Sequence record: JN849462.1
DNA: 64,000 nucleotides
Strand: one strand, 5' to 3'
This document shows positions 39,393 to 49,293 of this stretch, in pieces. A program made the translations under genes and the position numbers. How positions within the stretch are numbered: the first letter of the stretch is position 1; each line of letters starts with the position of its first letter. The notes beneath the pieces are model-generated. The model did not search any database, was not told where the DNA came from, and saw only the letters and a list, made by a program, of their open reading frames with translations.

Positions 39393-39442
39393 GAGCAATC
39401 ACGAGGGGCTAAAAAGCCCCTCTAAATAAAAGGTAAGAGAAA

Positions 39443-39943
39443 ATGGCACTTAATGTAGACAACATTAAAAGAGCTTTCAGCAACGGTGATTTCGCTCGTC
39501 CTAACTTGTTCGAAGTTGAGATTCCGTATCTGGGACAGAACTTTAAATTTCAATGTCGCGCCTCTTCAATGCCGCCGGGCAGTGTTGAGAAAGTGGAAGT
39601 TTCATATCAAAACCGTAAGTACAACATTGCGGGCGACCGTACGTTCGACGATTGGAACGTTACTGTGTACAACGATGAAACTCACGACATTCGCAAAGCA
39701 ATTATGGCATGGCAAGCTCGTGCTGTAGGCTTAGGCAAAGACATTTCAGGTGAAACGCCTGATCAGTACAAACGTACTGGTACAATCACACAGTTAGACC
39801 GTAACGGTGATCCGACTACTTCGGCAACTGTATACGGAATTTTCCCGACTGTGGTGGGTGAAGTTGCGCTTGACTGGGATTCAAACAACGAAATCGAAAC
39901 GTTTGAAGTAACATTCAGCCTTGATTACTTCACATTAGATTAA
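39443..39943 (+). CDS. 19: gp19 tail tube
   Basis: GDFARPNLFEV and AGDRTFDDWNVTVYND motifs. Confidence 0.96.
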   Translation: MALNVDNIKRAFSNGDFARPNLFEVEIPYLGQNFKFQCRASSMPPGSVEKVEVSYQNRKYNIAGDRTFDDWNVTVYNDETHDIRKAIMAWQARAVGLGKDISGETPDQYKRTGTITQLDRNGDPTTSATVYGIFPTVVGEVALDWDSNNEIETFEVTFSLDYFTLD

Positions 39944-39982
39944 GAACAATAGGGGCGTTCAGCCCCTTTATTGAGGTAAAAT

Positions 39983-41530
39983 ATGTTAGAGTTTATGAAA
40001 TTCTGGACAAAAGAAGAAGAGCAGGACATTCAAAAAATCGAGAAAAACCCTGTCCGTTCGTTTTCTGCGCCAGATAACGTAGATGGTGCTAAAGAGATTC
40101 ATACTAACTTATTAGCACCTCAACTTGGTCATGCAATTATCCCGTCGGATGCTCAATCTGAAGGGACGATTCCAGTTAAGGAACTAATCAAGAGCTATCG
40201 TGCTCTAGCAGAATATCACGAAGTCGATGATGCGATTCAAGAAATCGTCGATGAAGCAATCGTTTATGAAAACGATAAAGAAGTTGTGTGGTTGAACTTA
40301 GACAACACCGACTTTTCAGAAAATATCAAAGCTAAGATCAATGAAGAATTCGACCGCGTTGTAAGCTTGCTTCAAATGCGTAAACATGGTTACAAGTGGT
40401 TTAGAAAGTGGTATGTTGACTCTCGAATCTATTTCCACAAAATCTTAGACAAAGATAACAACATTATCGAATTGCGCCCGCTAAACCCGATGAAAATGGA
40501 GCTAGTGCGCGAGATTCAGAAAGAAACTATTGATGGCGTAGAAGTTGTAAAAGGAACGCTTGAGTATTACGTTTACAAGCAGTCTGACTACAAAATGCCG
40601 TCATGGATGAGCGCAACAAACCGTGCTCAGACATCATTCAGAATTCCAAAAGATGCAATTGTTTTCGCTCACAGCGGATTAATGCGCGGTTGTGCCGATG
40701 ACCCGTACATTATCGGTTATCTTGATCGTGCTATCAAGCCTGCAAACCAGTTGAAAATGCTAGAAGATGCGTTGGTAATCTATCGTCTAGCACGTGCGCC
40801 CGAGCGTCGCGTATTCTATGTTGACGTTGGTAACTTGCCGACTCAGAAAGCACAGCAATACGTAAATGGTATCATGCAAAACGTTAAAAATCGCGTTGTG
40901 TACGACACACAGACTGGTCAAGTTAAAAATACGACTAATGCAATGTCGATGCTTGAAGACTACTACCTACCACGCCGAGAAGGTTCGAAGGGTACTGAGG
41001 TAAGCACACTACCTGGCGGTCAGTCGCTTGGAGACATCGAAGACGTATTGTACTTCAACCGTAAGTTGTATAAAGCAATGCGAATTCCGACATCACGTGC
41101 AGCGTCTGAAGATCAGACGGGCGGTATTAACTTCGGTCAGGGTGCAGAAATCACACGTGACGAATTGAAGTTTACTAAATTCGTGAAGCGTTTGCAAACA
41201 AAATTCGAAACTGTAATTACCGATCCGCTTAAACATCAGTTGATTGTAAATAATATCATAACTGAAGAAGAGTGGGATGCTAATCATGAAAAACTTTACG
41301 TTGTATTCAACCAAGACTCATATTTTGAAGAGGCTAAGGAATTAGAGATTCTAAATAGTCGTATGAACGCAATGCGTGACATTCAAGATTATGCTGGGAA
41401 ATATTACAGTCATAAATACATTCAGAAAAACATTTTACGTTTGTCTGACGATCAGATCACTGCAATGCAGAGCGAAATTGATGAAGAAGAGACAAACCCA
41501 CGATTCCAACAAGACGATCAAGGATTTTAG
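39983..41530 (+). CDS. 20: gp20 portal
   Basis: LKMLEDALVIYRLARAPERRVFYVDVGN and ITRDELKF motifs. Confidence 0.97.
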   Translation: MLEFMKFWTKEEEQDIQKIEKNPVRSFSAPDNVDGAKEIHTNLLAPQLGHAIIPSDAQSEGTIPVKELIKSYRALAEYHEVDDAIQEIVDEAIVYENDKEVVWLNLDNTDFSENIKAKINEEFDRVVSLLQMRKHGYKWFRKWYVDSRIYFHKILDKDNNIIELRPLNPMKMELVREIQKETIDGVEVVKGTLEYYVYKQSDYKMPSWMSATNRAQTSFRIPKDAIVFAHSGLMRGCADDPYIIGYLDRAIKPANQLKMLEDALVIYRLARAPERRVFYVDVGNLPTQKAQQYVNGIMQNVKNRVVYDTQTGQVKNTTNAMSMLEDYYLPRREGSKGTEVSTLPGGQSLGDIEDVLYFNRKLYKAMRIPTSRAASEDQTGGINFGQGAEITRDELKFTKFVKRLQTKFETVITDPLKHQLIVNNIITEEEWDANHEKLYVVFNQDSYFEEAKELEILNSRMNAMRDIQDYAGKYYSHKYIQKNILRLSDDQITAMQSEIDEEETNPRFQQDDQGF

Positions 41531-41542
41531 AGGTAGCAGATT

Positions 41543-41710
41543 ATGAGCTTAGAAACAATGGTAGCAGCGGCACGCGACGGTAAACTAGCAGATTTTGAAG
41601 CGCAATTCCGCCAAGAAATCGGGCAACGTGTAGCGGCTCGCATTGACGACATGAAGCAAGAGCTTGGTCGCTCAATCAAAGTAGACGGTGAAATCAATCA
41701 GGAGGACTAA
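41543..41710 (+). CDS. 67: gp67 prohead core protein (55 aa)
   Basis: Manually translated (MSLETMVAAARDGKLADFEAQF...); GAGG RBS; position between 20 and 68. Not in the ORF track. Confidence 0.75.
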   Translation: MSLETMVAAARDGKLADFEAQFRQEIGQRVAARIDDMKQELGRSIKVDGEINQED

Positions 41711-42201
41711 TGAAGTTCATTTCCGAAGCCGTACAAGAGAAAATGGTTGAAGACTTGGTTGAAGCAGTACTTGGCGGTCATCTTGATCGTCAAGATATTA
41801 GCGACACAATCAAGGCGTTCGCCGAAGCTGAAGACATCGGCGTACACAGCAATAAAGACATCACAGATGAAGTCAATGTTGTTCTTGACGTGCTGAGTTC
41901 TCTTGAAAACGGATTAACATTTGAAGAAGCATGTGCAGAGTTCAATCTGTCTGAAAAACTGGTTAAGCAAGTATCGGTAGCTAATCAGAAAGCGGGCGGG
42001 CCTCTGATCTCTAAGCGCATCGACCGAAAAACTGCCTCACGAAAAGCGACGCAGACAACTGGTCTAAGTAAATCGAAGAGACAAAAAACGGCTCGCAAAG
42101 CAGCTAAAACGCGCAGACGCCAAAAGGGCACAAGTGCAGAGCGAAAAGCTAATAAGTTGCGTAAAAAGTCGCTGAAGAAGCGTAAGCAAATGGGGCTTTA
42201 A
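41710..42201 (+). CDS. 68: gp68 prohead core protein
   Basis: Basic C-terminus ATQTTGLSKSKRQKTARKAAKT; synteny. Confidence 0.85.
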   Translation: MKFISEAVQEKMVEDLVEAVLGGHLDRQDISDTIKAFAEAEDIGVHSNKDITDEVNVVLDVLSSLENGLTFEEACAEFNLSEKLVKQVSVANQKAGGPLISKRIDRKTASRKATQTTGLSKSKRQKTARKAAKTRRRQKGTSAERKANKLRKKSLKKRKQMGL

Positions 42202-42203
42202 TT

Positions 42204-42845
42204 ATGGAATTACAACTCTTAATTGAAGACTGGGGCGTATCGAGCTATGCAACTGCTGAGACTGGCGAAAAGCCGCTTGTTGAAGCGAAAATGCCCGCTG
42301 AAAAAGGCGGCGACTTGTACATTGAGGGTATTTTCATGCAATCGAATGTCGTGAACCGTAATGGTCGCAGATATCCGAAAAAAGTCATGGAAAATGCCGT
42401 ATCTAAATACATTCAAGAGCAAGTCAAGACGAATCAAGCGTTGGGCGAGCTTAATCACCCTAGCCGTTCGAACGTCGATCCTGCTGAAGCTGCAATTCGT
42501 ATCACTGAGTTGTGGTGGGATGGCGATAACGTAATGGGAAAAGCAATCGTACTAAATACTCCGAAGGGACAAATCGTACGCGGTCTAATCGAAGGCGGTT
42601 GGGTTCCGGGCGTAAGTTCACGAGGTCTTGGTTCAGTTAAGCAAGTTGACGGGATCAACGAAGTACAAGACTTTCGTCTTACAGTTGGTGTAGATGTAGT
42701 GTGGGGTCCGAGTGCGCCTGCTGCATACGTTAAGCCAGTAACTGAGTCAAATGAAGCTGCTAAATCAGTAAAAACAGAAGAAATTACAGAAAGTAATGAC
42801 GCTGAGTTTGCGAAACTAGCGGAAACGTTAAAAACTCTCTTATAA
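42204..42845 (+). CDS. 21: gp21 prohead protease
   Basis: IEGIFMQ, NRNGRRY, GELNHP and GVSSRGLG motifs. Confidence 0.96.
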   Translation: MELQLLIEDWGVSSYATAETGEKPLVEAKMPAEKGGDLYIEGIFMQSNVVNRNGRRYPKKVMENAVSKYIQEQVKTNQALGELNHPSRSNVDPAEAAIRITELWWDGDNVMGKAIVLNTPKGQIVRGLIEGGWVPGVSSRGLGSVKQVDGINEVQDFRLTVGVDVVWGPSAPAAYVKPVTESNEAAKSVKTEEITESNDAEFAKLAETLKTLL

Positions 42846-42877
42846 ATATATAAAACATATTTAAGGAATTGAAGAAG

Positions 42878-43720
42878 ATGCAAATCAAAGAGCAACTACT
42901 TGAAGCGGTATCAAAAGACGATACTAAAATCACTACTGCTTTGGATGGCATTTTTGAATCAGTTGAACTTTCCGAAGATGTTCGTAATAAGTTCAGCACT
43001 GTTTTCGAAAGTGTAATCAAGACTAAAGCCGTTGAGCTTGCTGAAGCACATATTGCTGAAGCTGCTGAAAAGGCTGAAGCAGTAATCAACGAACACAAAG
43101 AAGAGCTAAATGAAGCTGCTGAAAAATACGGCGAACATCTAGCAGAGCAAATGGCGAACAAACTTGATTCATACCTAGATCACGTTGTTGAAGCTTGGAT
43201 GGCTGAAAACAAACTAGCGGTTGAAAATGGTCTGAAAGTTTCTATGTTCGACGGCTTGATGGAAGGCATGAAAAATGTATTCATCGAGAACAACGTTCAC
43301 TGCCCAGACGAGAAGATCGACATGATCGAAGCTCTTGAAGAAAACATTCAAGATCTTGAAAGCCGTCTAGACGCAGTTATCGTCGAAAACCGCCAACACA
43401 AAGAATACGCTAACTACGTAGAGAAAAACATCATCATCGAGCGCGTGACTGCTGGTATGGCTGAATCTCAAAAAGAGAAAGTTGCTGACCTAGCCGAGTC
43501 AATCCGCTTCGACGAGAACTTTGAAGACAATCTAAATAGTGTTATCAAGTTCGCTTCTGGTATCAAGCTTGCTGAAAAAGAAGATATGGAAGACGACAAG
43601 AAGCCGGCTGAGAAAAAAGACGGTGAAGACGACGCTGAGAAGAAAGACGACAAAGAAATGAAAGAATCCGCAGTACCATCTATGGCTGCATACTTGAAAG
43701 CTGCTCGTACTACTCGATAA
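42878..43720 (+). CDS. 22: gp22 prohead scaffold
   Basis: FSTVFES and YLDHVVEAWMAENKLAV motifs; TATAAATA at 42841. Confidence 0.92.
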   Translation: MQIKEQLLEAVSKDDTKITTALDGIFESVELSEDVRNKFSTVFESVIKTKAVELAEAHIAEAAEKAEAVINEHKEELNEAAEKYGEHLAEQMANKLDSYLDHVVEAWMAENKLAVENGLKVSMFDGLMEGMKNVFIENNVHCPDEKIDMIEALEENIQDLESRLDAVIVENRQHKEYANYVEKNIIIERVTAGMAESQKEKVADLAESIRFDENFEDNLNSVIKFASGIKLAEKEDMEDDKKPAEKKDGEDDAEKKDDKEMKESAVPSMAAYLKAARTTR

Positions 43721-43744
43721 GCAATAAAACGTGATTTCACGTTA

Positions 43745-43752
43745 TATAAATA
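43745..43752 (+). promoter_or_regulatory. Late promoter TATAAATA
   Basis: Exact late box upstream of gene 23. Confidence 0.8.
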
Positions 43753-43790
43753 CTTTTGTAAATTTTAGAATTAATTAAGGAATCATTCAA

Positions 43791-45335
43791 ATGAACCTAA
43801 CTGAAAAATGGAAAGACTTGCTTGAAGCAGAAGGTGCGGATATGCCAGAGATTGCAACTGCAACTAAGCAAAAAATCATGTCGAAAATCTTTGAAAACCA
43901 AGATCGCGACATCAACAACGATCCGATGTATCGTGACCCGCAACTAGTTGAAGCATTCAACGCTGGTCTTAACGAAGCTGTAGTTAACGGCGACCACGGT
44001 TACGATCCTGCGAATATCGCACAAGGCGTTACTACTGGTGCAGTAACTAACATCGGCCCTACCGTAATGGGTATGGTACGTCGTGCTATTCCACAGCTTA
44101 TCGCTTTCGATATTGCTGGTGTTCAGCCAATGACTGGTCCAACTAGCCAAGTATTCACACTTCGCTCAGTATACGGTAAAGATCCTCTAACTGGCGCAGA
44201 AGCATTCCATCCGACTCGTCAAGCTGACGCTTCGTTCTCTGGTCAGGCTGCTGCATCGACAATTGCAGACTTCCCAACTACTGGTGCTGCAACTGACGGT
44301 ACTCCGTACAAAGCTGAAGTAACTACTTCTGGTGGCGACGTTTCAATGCGTTACTTCCTAGCACTAGGCGCTGTTACTCTAGCAGTAGCTGGTGAAATGA
44401 CTGCAACTGAATACACTGACGGTGTTGCGGGTGGTCTGCTTGTTGAAATCGACGCTGGTATGGCAACTTCTCAGGCTGAACTACAAGAGAACTTCAACGG
44501 TTCAAGCAACAACGAGTGGAACGAAATGTCATTCCGCATCGACAAACAAGTTGTTGAAGCGAAATCTCGTCAATTGAAAGCTCAATACTCAATCGAGCTT
44601 GCGCAAGACCTACGTGCTGTACACGGTCTAGACGCTGACGCTGAACTGAGCGGTATCCTAGCTAACGAAGTAATGGTTGAACTGAACCGTGAAATCGTTA
44701 ACCTAGTTAACTCTCAAGCTCAAATCGGTAAGTCTGGCTGGACTCAAGGCGCAGGTGCTGCTGGTGTGTTTGACTTCTCAGACGCAGTAGACGTGAAAGG
44801 CGCTCGTTGGGCTGGTGAAGCTTACAAAGCTCTATTGATCCAAATCGAAAAAGAAGCGAACGAAATCGGTCGTCAAACTGGTCGTGGTAACGGTAACTTC
44901 ATCATTGCATCACGCAACGTAGTTTCTGCACTATCAATGACTGATACTCTTGTTGGCCCTGCTGCACAAGGTATGCAAGACGGTTCAATGAACACTGACA
45001 CTAACCAAACTGTGTTCGCGGGTGTTCTAGGTGGTCGCTTCAAAGTGTACATCGACCAATACGCAGTGAACGATTACTTCACAGTTGGTTTCAAAGGTTC
45101 TACTGAAATGGACGCTGGTGTGTTCTACTCACCTTACGTACCGCTGACTCCACTACGTGGTTCAGACAGCAAGAACTTCCAACCAGTAATCGGGTTCAAG
45201 ACTCGTTACGGTGTGCAAGTTAACCCATTCGCAGATCCAACTGCTTCGGCAACTAAAGTTGGCAACGGTGCTCCAATCGCTGCATCAATGGGCAAAAACG
45301 CTTACTTCCGTCGCGTATTCGTTAAGGGTCTGTAA
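43791..45335 (+). CDS. 23: gp23 major capsid protein
   Basis: GVQPMTGPTSQVF, KSRQLKAQYSIELAQDLRAVHG and GFKTRYG motifs. Confidence 0.98.
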   Translation: MNLTEKWKDLLEAEGADMPEIATATKQKIMSKIFENQDRDINNDPMYRDPQLVEAFNAGLNEAVVNGDHGYDPANIAQGVTTGAVTNIGPTVMGMVRRAIPQLIAFDIAGVQPMTGPTSQVFTLRSVYGKDPLTGAEAFHPTRQADASFSGQAAASTIADFPTTGAATDGTPYKAEVTTSGGDVSMRYFLALGAVTLAVAGEMTATEYTDGVAGGLLVEIDAGMATSQAELQENFNGSSNNEWNEMSFRIDKQVVEAKSRQLKAQYSIELAQDLRAVHGLDADAELSGILANEVMVELNREIVNLVNSQAQIGKSGWTQGAGAAGVFDFSDAVDVKGARWAGEAYKALLIQIEKEANEIGRQTGRGNGNFIIASRNVVSALSMTDTLVGPAAQGMQDGSMNTDTNQTVFAGVLGGRFKVYIDQYAVNDYFTVGFKGSTEMDAGVFYSPYVPLTPLRGSDSKNFQPVIGFKTRYGVQVNPFADPTASATKVGNGAPIAASMGKNAYFRRVFVKGL

Positions 45336-45364
45336 TAGACTCTTAATTGAAACAGACAACAAAG

Positions 45365-45387
45365 GGGACTCTTCGGAGTCCCTTTTT
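45365..45387. terminator. Bidirectional terminator with a UUCG loop
   Basis: GGGACTC-TTCG-GAGTCCC-TTTTT between convergent genes 23 and cca. Confidence 0.85.
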
Positions 45388-45391
45388 GCGT

Positions 45392-46489
45392 TTATAGACT
45401 ATGCAAATAATTGTAGGCGATACTGACTCGCTTATCTTCTAGTGCTTCGCCGTATGCAGGTCCCGGTTCAACGTCAACTTTGACATTTCGAGTTAGTTCA
45501 ATTAACTCAATAAGCATTTTACGCTTCACTTCATCTTTTACTTGCGATAATGCAACTTCGAACGGTAGACCTTCTTTGTATGCACCTAGTTTACGTAAAA
45601 CAATGACAATCGTTTCATCAAATGCATTAGCAACGTTTAGACTCATCAAGATCTCAGATGCTTTATCAAATTGCTTAGTCGCACCGAATTTTCGAGTGTA
45701 ACGATTACGATGGTCGAATGATGCCCATTTAGCAATTAGCTGCACGTCTTCACACTTGAAAGGCATACGATTGTAGAACTTCAATTCAAGCAATTCACGG
45801 GCGCTTGGTACTGCACAGAACCCAATTTGACCTAAAAATGCGAAGTACATGTGCGCGTCTTTCTCAGACAGTGCTTTTTGAGTCTCTAGCCACACACGTT
45901 CTTTAGGTAGATTCTCAAGCATGCCGTCATTGATCATCTTCTTGCATAGCTCAATCGTTTCTTCTGCGACTGTAAATCCCATACTGTAGTAACGAGCATA
46001 GAAACGAGCAACACGCAGAACACGCAATGGATCTTCAGCAAATGCTTCAGTCGTGTGGCGAAGAATCTTATTTTTCAAGTCGTCTAGACCCCCGTACGGG
46101 TCGATGACATCATCAGTCGAGCCCCACATAAACAGACTATTTGGTGTCATGTCTGGTATAGCCATTGAGTTGATAGTCAGATCTCGACGAGATAAGTCGT
46201 CTTCTAACGTAACACCGTCAGTCGTGAAAGTGAAGTCAGTAGTTTTACCGCCAGTGCTACGCTCTACACGAGCAAGCGCGACTTCATTACCGTCTTTATC
46301 AAGCCAAACAGGGAAATCAGCGCCGATTGGTTCACCGTACATAGCCATCATTTGCTCATGCGTACAACCGGTTACGACGTAATCAATGTCTTTCGGGAAT
46401 CTAGACCAACCCTCGACATGTTTCAGAATAGAGTCGCGTACTGCGCCACCGACAATGTATTTTTTCATCAAGTTAAGATTCGCTTTCAT
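45392..46489 (-). CDS. cca: tRNA nucleotidyltransferase (CCA-adding enzyme family)
   Basis: VGGAVRD, DIDYVV, DLSRRDLTINSMA, EDPLRVLRVARF and PGPAYGE motifs; AGGAG RBS. Confidence 0.9.
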   Translation of the reverse strand: MKANLNLMKKYIVGGAVRDSILKHVEGWSRFPKDIDYVVTGCTHEQMMAMYGEPIGADFPVWLDKDGNEVALARVERSTGGKTTDFTFTTDGVTLEDDLSRRDLTINSMAIPDMTPNSLFMWGSTDDVIDPYGGLDDLKNKILRHTTEAFAEDPLRVLRVARFYARYYSMGFTVAEETIELCKKMINDGMLENLPKERVWLETQKALSEKDAHMYFAFLGQIGFCAVPSARELLELKFYNRMPFKCEDVQLIAKWASFDHRNRYTRKFGATKQFDKASEILMSLNVANAFDETIVIVLRKLGAYKEGLPFEVALSQVKDEVKRKMLIELIELTRNVKVDVEPGPAYGEALEDKRVSIAYNYLHSL

Positions 46490-46511
46490 TGTGTTCTCCT
46501 TTTGAACCTAT

Positions 46512-46540
46512 ACAGTACATGACTAAATAATATAAGTCAA
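46512..46540 (-). promoter_or_regulatory. Sigma70-type promoter for cca, overlapping a divergent late-type ACTAAATA box
   Basis: TTGACT-N17-TACTGT on the minus strand; ACTAAATA at 46522 on the plus strand. Confidence 0.55.
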
Positions 46541-46548
46541 CCAGATTT

Positions 46549-46902
46549 ATGGGAAGATTTATGGAATACACAAAATACGAGATTCAGAAATATCGTAGTC
46601 GTCGAAGTCATGGCATCAATCTGCCAGATTACAACGGAGCGATATACATCGACTTGCCAAGTAGCCCGTGTGGGTCTGATAGCAATTACTTTGCTGTACT
46701 GAACAGCGAAGAGCAAATCGCAGTTGAGATTGCATTTGGTGGGTATTACAACGAAACTGAGGGTGATAGAGACCCTATACCAGAAGATACCGATTTTCAT
46801 TTGATTGGTTCTCAGGGTCATTATGAAGCTCAGGGGCGAATGTTTAATAGCAACTTGCGCGTATGGCTGCGAGGGGCAGGTAAAATCACTATAATTTACT
46901 AA
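46549..46902 (+). CDS. Hypothetical late protein
   Basis: ORF after a late-type box, in an operon with the next gene. Confidence 0.65.
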   Translation: MGRFMEYTKYEIQKYRSRRSHGINLPDYNGAIYIDLPSSPCGSDSNYFAVLNSEEQIAVEIAFGGYYNETEGDRDPIPEDTDFHLIGSQGHYEAQGRMFNSNLRVWLRGAGKITIIY

Positions 46903-46911
46903 GGGAATACT

Positions 46912-48366
46912 ATGTCAAGTATTAATATACCTGGCTTCGGCTACTCGGCTGTACCTGAATCGCCAAACGATGGGCAGCTATACGGTAGACGAAATGCCAC
47001 ATGGGAGTTAATTTCTCTCTCAGACGGTGTGCTAGAAGCACCCGCCGACGGACAAGAATATGTTCGAAAAGATTATCAATGGGTTTTGCCAAATTACCCA
47101 ACTTATAACGCAAGTAATATTAGCCTAACGTCGTCGTTATTCGCGTCAACGAATGTTCACGATGCGCTTGAGGAACTTTACTACGAAAACCCACTCAATG
47201 TCGTGCTTGTTCGCAGCGAAGATGACCTGCCAGCACCGCAACTTATCAATGGTGTGTTGACGCACAAACTCGAAGAAAAGGAATATGTCATTGATGGTAA
47301 TGTTACGATTGCCAATTCACTAGGGTTTCCGGGAGCGGGGATCAGTGCAACGATTAAAGCGATAAACCGTTCAGTGTTGACTTATACTGGAACCGATGCC
47401 ATGTTCTACGATCAAGGTGCACAGGGTAGTATTGAAATCGCTGGCCAAACTGAGTTTCAAGCGCCGAATGGTGACATGTTCAATTTGATTTCTGGTGCAG
47501 GTGGTTTCTCATTTCAGTCACGATATGCTGACCGCTTCATTAACTGTGATCGTATAGGTGAAGTTTACTGCGGTGGATTATCTACGATTGTGTTCAATAA
47601 CGGTACATTCAGAAACTTCAATCAAGGACTTGTTGTTCACGACCCGGGCTTTTTTGAAGTAAATACGTTCTTCGTATTCGGTAATAACCAAGCTGGATGC
47701 ACATATTTCACAGTACAAGGGACATCATCAACTGGCTCGATTAACATCGACACAGTGACATGTTCTATCGGGACAAATGAGACAATTTTCAATTTCAACC
47801 CGAATATTCAGGCAACGATTGATACGATCAACGTTCGAAACTGTAGTCTTCGTGGACCACTGAACGGTACGCTATTTGCACCGGGAAGCTTGACACCGCG
47901 TGATTTCAAATTTGAAAGTCTTGGTAACACTCTTATCCCAAATACGGTTCAGGGTGGTTTATTGTCACTATCTGGCAATGCGACCCCAACTGTAGTCGGT
48001 GCAGTAAATACTCCAACACTTGCGGCAGGTACATGGGTTGTTCAAGAAACATCACATTTCATAGGTTCAACGGGAGGTCGTTTGACTTCTCAAGTAATCA
48101 GAGATATTTCGACTAGTATTGATGCGTCAATTACGGTTGAGCCATCATCGGGTCAGGGTATTGTAATTCGCGCATACTTAGCTAAAAACGGCGTTCCAAT
48201 TGCCGCTAGTGCGAAAACAACGACGGCTGATAGTGGCAGAGAGGGCTTCTTGTCATTGACATGGCAAATGGACATATCTAAAGACGATTATATCGAGTTA
48301 TTTGTTGAAAACCGTTCTGGTTCAACGTCGATCATTGTCACAGATGCTGCGTTACGCATCCCGTAA
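46912..48366 (+). CDS. Putative virion fibre or decoration protein with two N-terminal foldon-like motifs
   Basis: VPESPNDGQLYGRRNATW and VLEAPADGQEYVRKDYQWVL resemble the T4 fibritin foldon; the body is Gly/Asn/beta-rich. Confidence 0.7.
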   Translation: MSSINIPGFGYSAVPESPNDGQLYGRRNATWELISLSDGVLEAPADGQEYVRKDYQWVLPNYPTYNASNISLTSSLFASTNVHDALEELYYENPLNVVLVRSEDDLPAPQLINGVLTHKLEEKEYVIDGNVTIANSLGFPGAGISATIKAINRSVLTYTGTDAMFYDQGAQGSIEIAGQTEFQAPNGDMFNLISGAGGFSFQSRYADRFINCDRIGEVYCGGLSTIVFNNGTFRNFNQGLVVHDPGFFEVNTFFVFGNNQAGCTYFTVQGTSSTGSINIDTVTCSIGTNETIFNFNPNIQATIDTINVRNCSLRGPLNGTLFAPGSLTPRDFKFESLGNTLIPNTVQGGLLSLSGNATPTVVGAVNTPTLAAGTWVVQETSHFIGSTGGRLTSQVIRDISTSIDASITVEPSSGQGIVIRAYLAKNGVPIAASAKTTTADSGREGFLSLTWQMDISKDDYIELFVENRSGSTSIIVTDAALRIP

Positions 48367-48402
48367 TAAATATAATTGAATGAATAAATTTGGAGATTCA
48401 CA

Positions 48403-48894
48403 ATGAGTCAATTGAAAACACACGCAGATTCACTAACTAAAGCCGAACTAGATGAGTTTGCACAAGAATATTACGGCATCGAGCTTGATCGTCGTAAATC
48501 AAAAGGCGCTATGACTAAAGCTCTTCTTGAAGGCGCTGAAGGTAAAACTCCGCTGAAGCAACTTCCATGGGAAGAACTTCTTCTTGAAGAAACACCTGAG
48601 CCAGTCGTAGAGACGAAAGTCAAAGAAGAATCCGAAGCTGTTAAAGTTGAGCTTCCGAAAGATGATTCTTTCGAGCCTCTACCACTACCTTTCAAACGCG
48701 GTCATGAACGTTTCATGATTGCGTCTGATTCTGCCGTTGAATCGGCAAAGGGAATTGTTGCAGGTAAAGCCTCGCTTGACGATGTGCTTGCATCAGATCT
48801 TCGCGTAGTTAAATCAATCTTGCATTATGTCGAGCAAGACGGCAAGGTGCTAGTGCGTGAAACTCGCAATAGTCAATTCATCACAATTAAATAG
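48403..48894 (+). CDS. Inh-like protein (paralogue)
   Basis: YYGIELDRRKSK N-terminus and YVEQDGKVLVRETRNSQFITIK C-terminus match T4 Inh; AATAAATA at 48365. Confidence 0.7.
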   Translation: MSQLKTHADSLTKAELDEFAQEYYGIELDRRKSKGAMTKALLEGAEGKTPLKQLPWEELLLEETPEPVVETKVKEESEAVKVELPKDDSFEPLPLPFKRGHERFMIASDSAVESAKGIVAGKASLDDVLASDLRVVKSILHYVEQDGKVLVRETRNSQFITIK

Positions 48895-48902
48895 GAACTG
48901 AA

Positions 48903-49235
48903 ATGACAACACCAATCAATACTGATATGAACCTTGCAGTCGAACTTGATGATTTGACTGTAGCAGCGGCAATCGCTGCGAAAAGTGGGTACGATGATGT
49001 GACAACTTCCGCGCTAAATCACGCGGGTGAGTCATACATCATTGTAGACAAGCAAACTTATGAAGAGCTTAAAGCTGCGATTGAGACTGCTAGTCCGCTG
49101 AGTTCAATTACTGGTCTTTCTCAAGAGTGCATTGACATTCTAGCAGGAGCAGTTGATTCAGCAACGACACTTTGCCGCGAACACACTAACAGTCGATTCT
49201 TCCGAATCGCATGGACTGTTACAGTAACGCCATAA
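48903..49235 (+). CDS. Hypothetical protein with a weak Inh-like C-terminal motif
   Basis: AGGA RBS; LCREHTNSRFFRI. Confidence 0.6.
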   Translation: MTTPINTDMNLAVELDDLTVAAAIAAKSGYDDVTTSALNHAGESYIIVDKQTYEELKAAIETASPLSSITGLSQECIDILAGAVDSATTLCREHTNSRFFRIAWTVTVTP

Positions 49236-49241
49236 TAGAAA

Positions 49242-49265
49242 AGCCCGCATTTAGCGGGCTTTTTT
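49242..49265. terminator. Bidirectional terminator
   Basis: AAAAGCCCGC-N5-GCGGGCT-TTTTT between convergent genes. Confidence 0.8.
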
Positions 49266-49293
49266 GTGTCTACGAGACGCGCTGTAAGCGATT

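Noticed and set aside
39403-39422. Terminator after gene 18
   Set aside because: The hairpin GAGGGGCT/AGCCCCTC has no U-tract and overlaps a late-type box, so it is more likely an mRNA stability hairpin.
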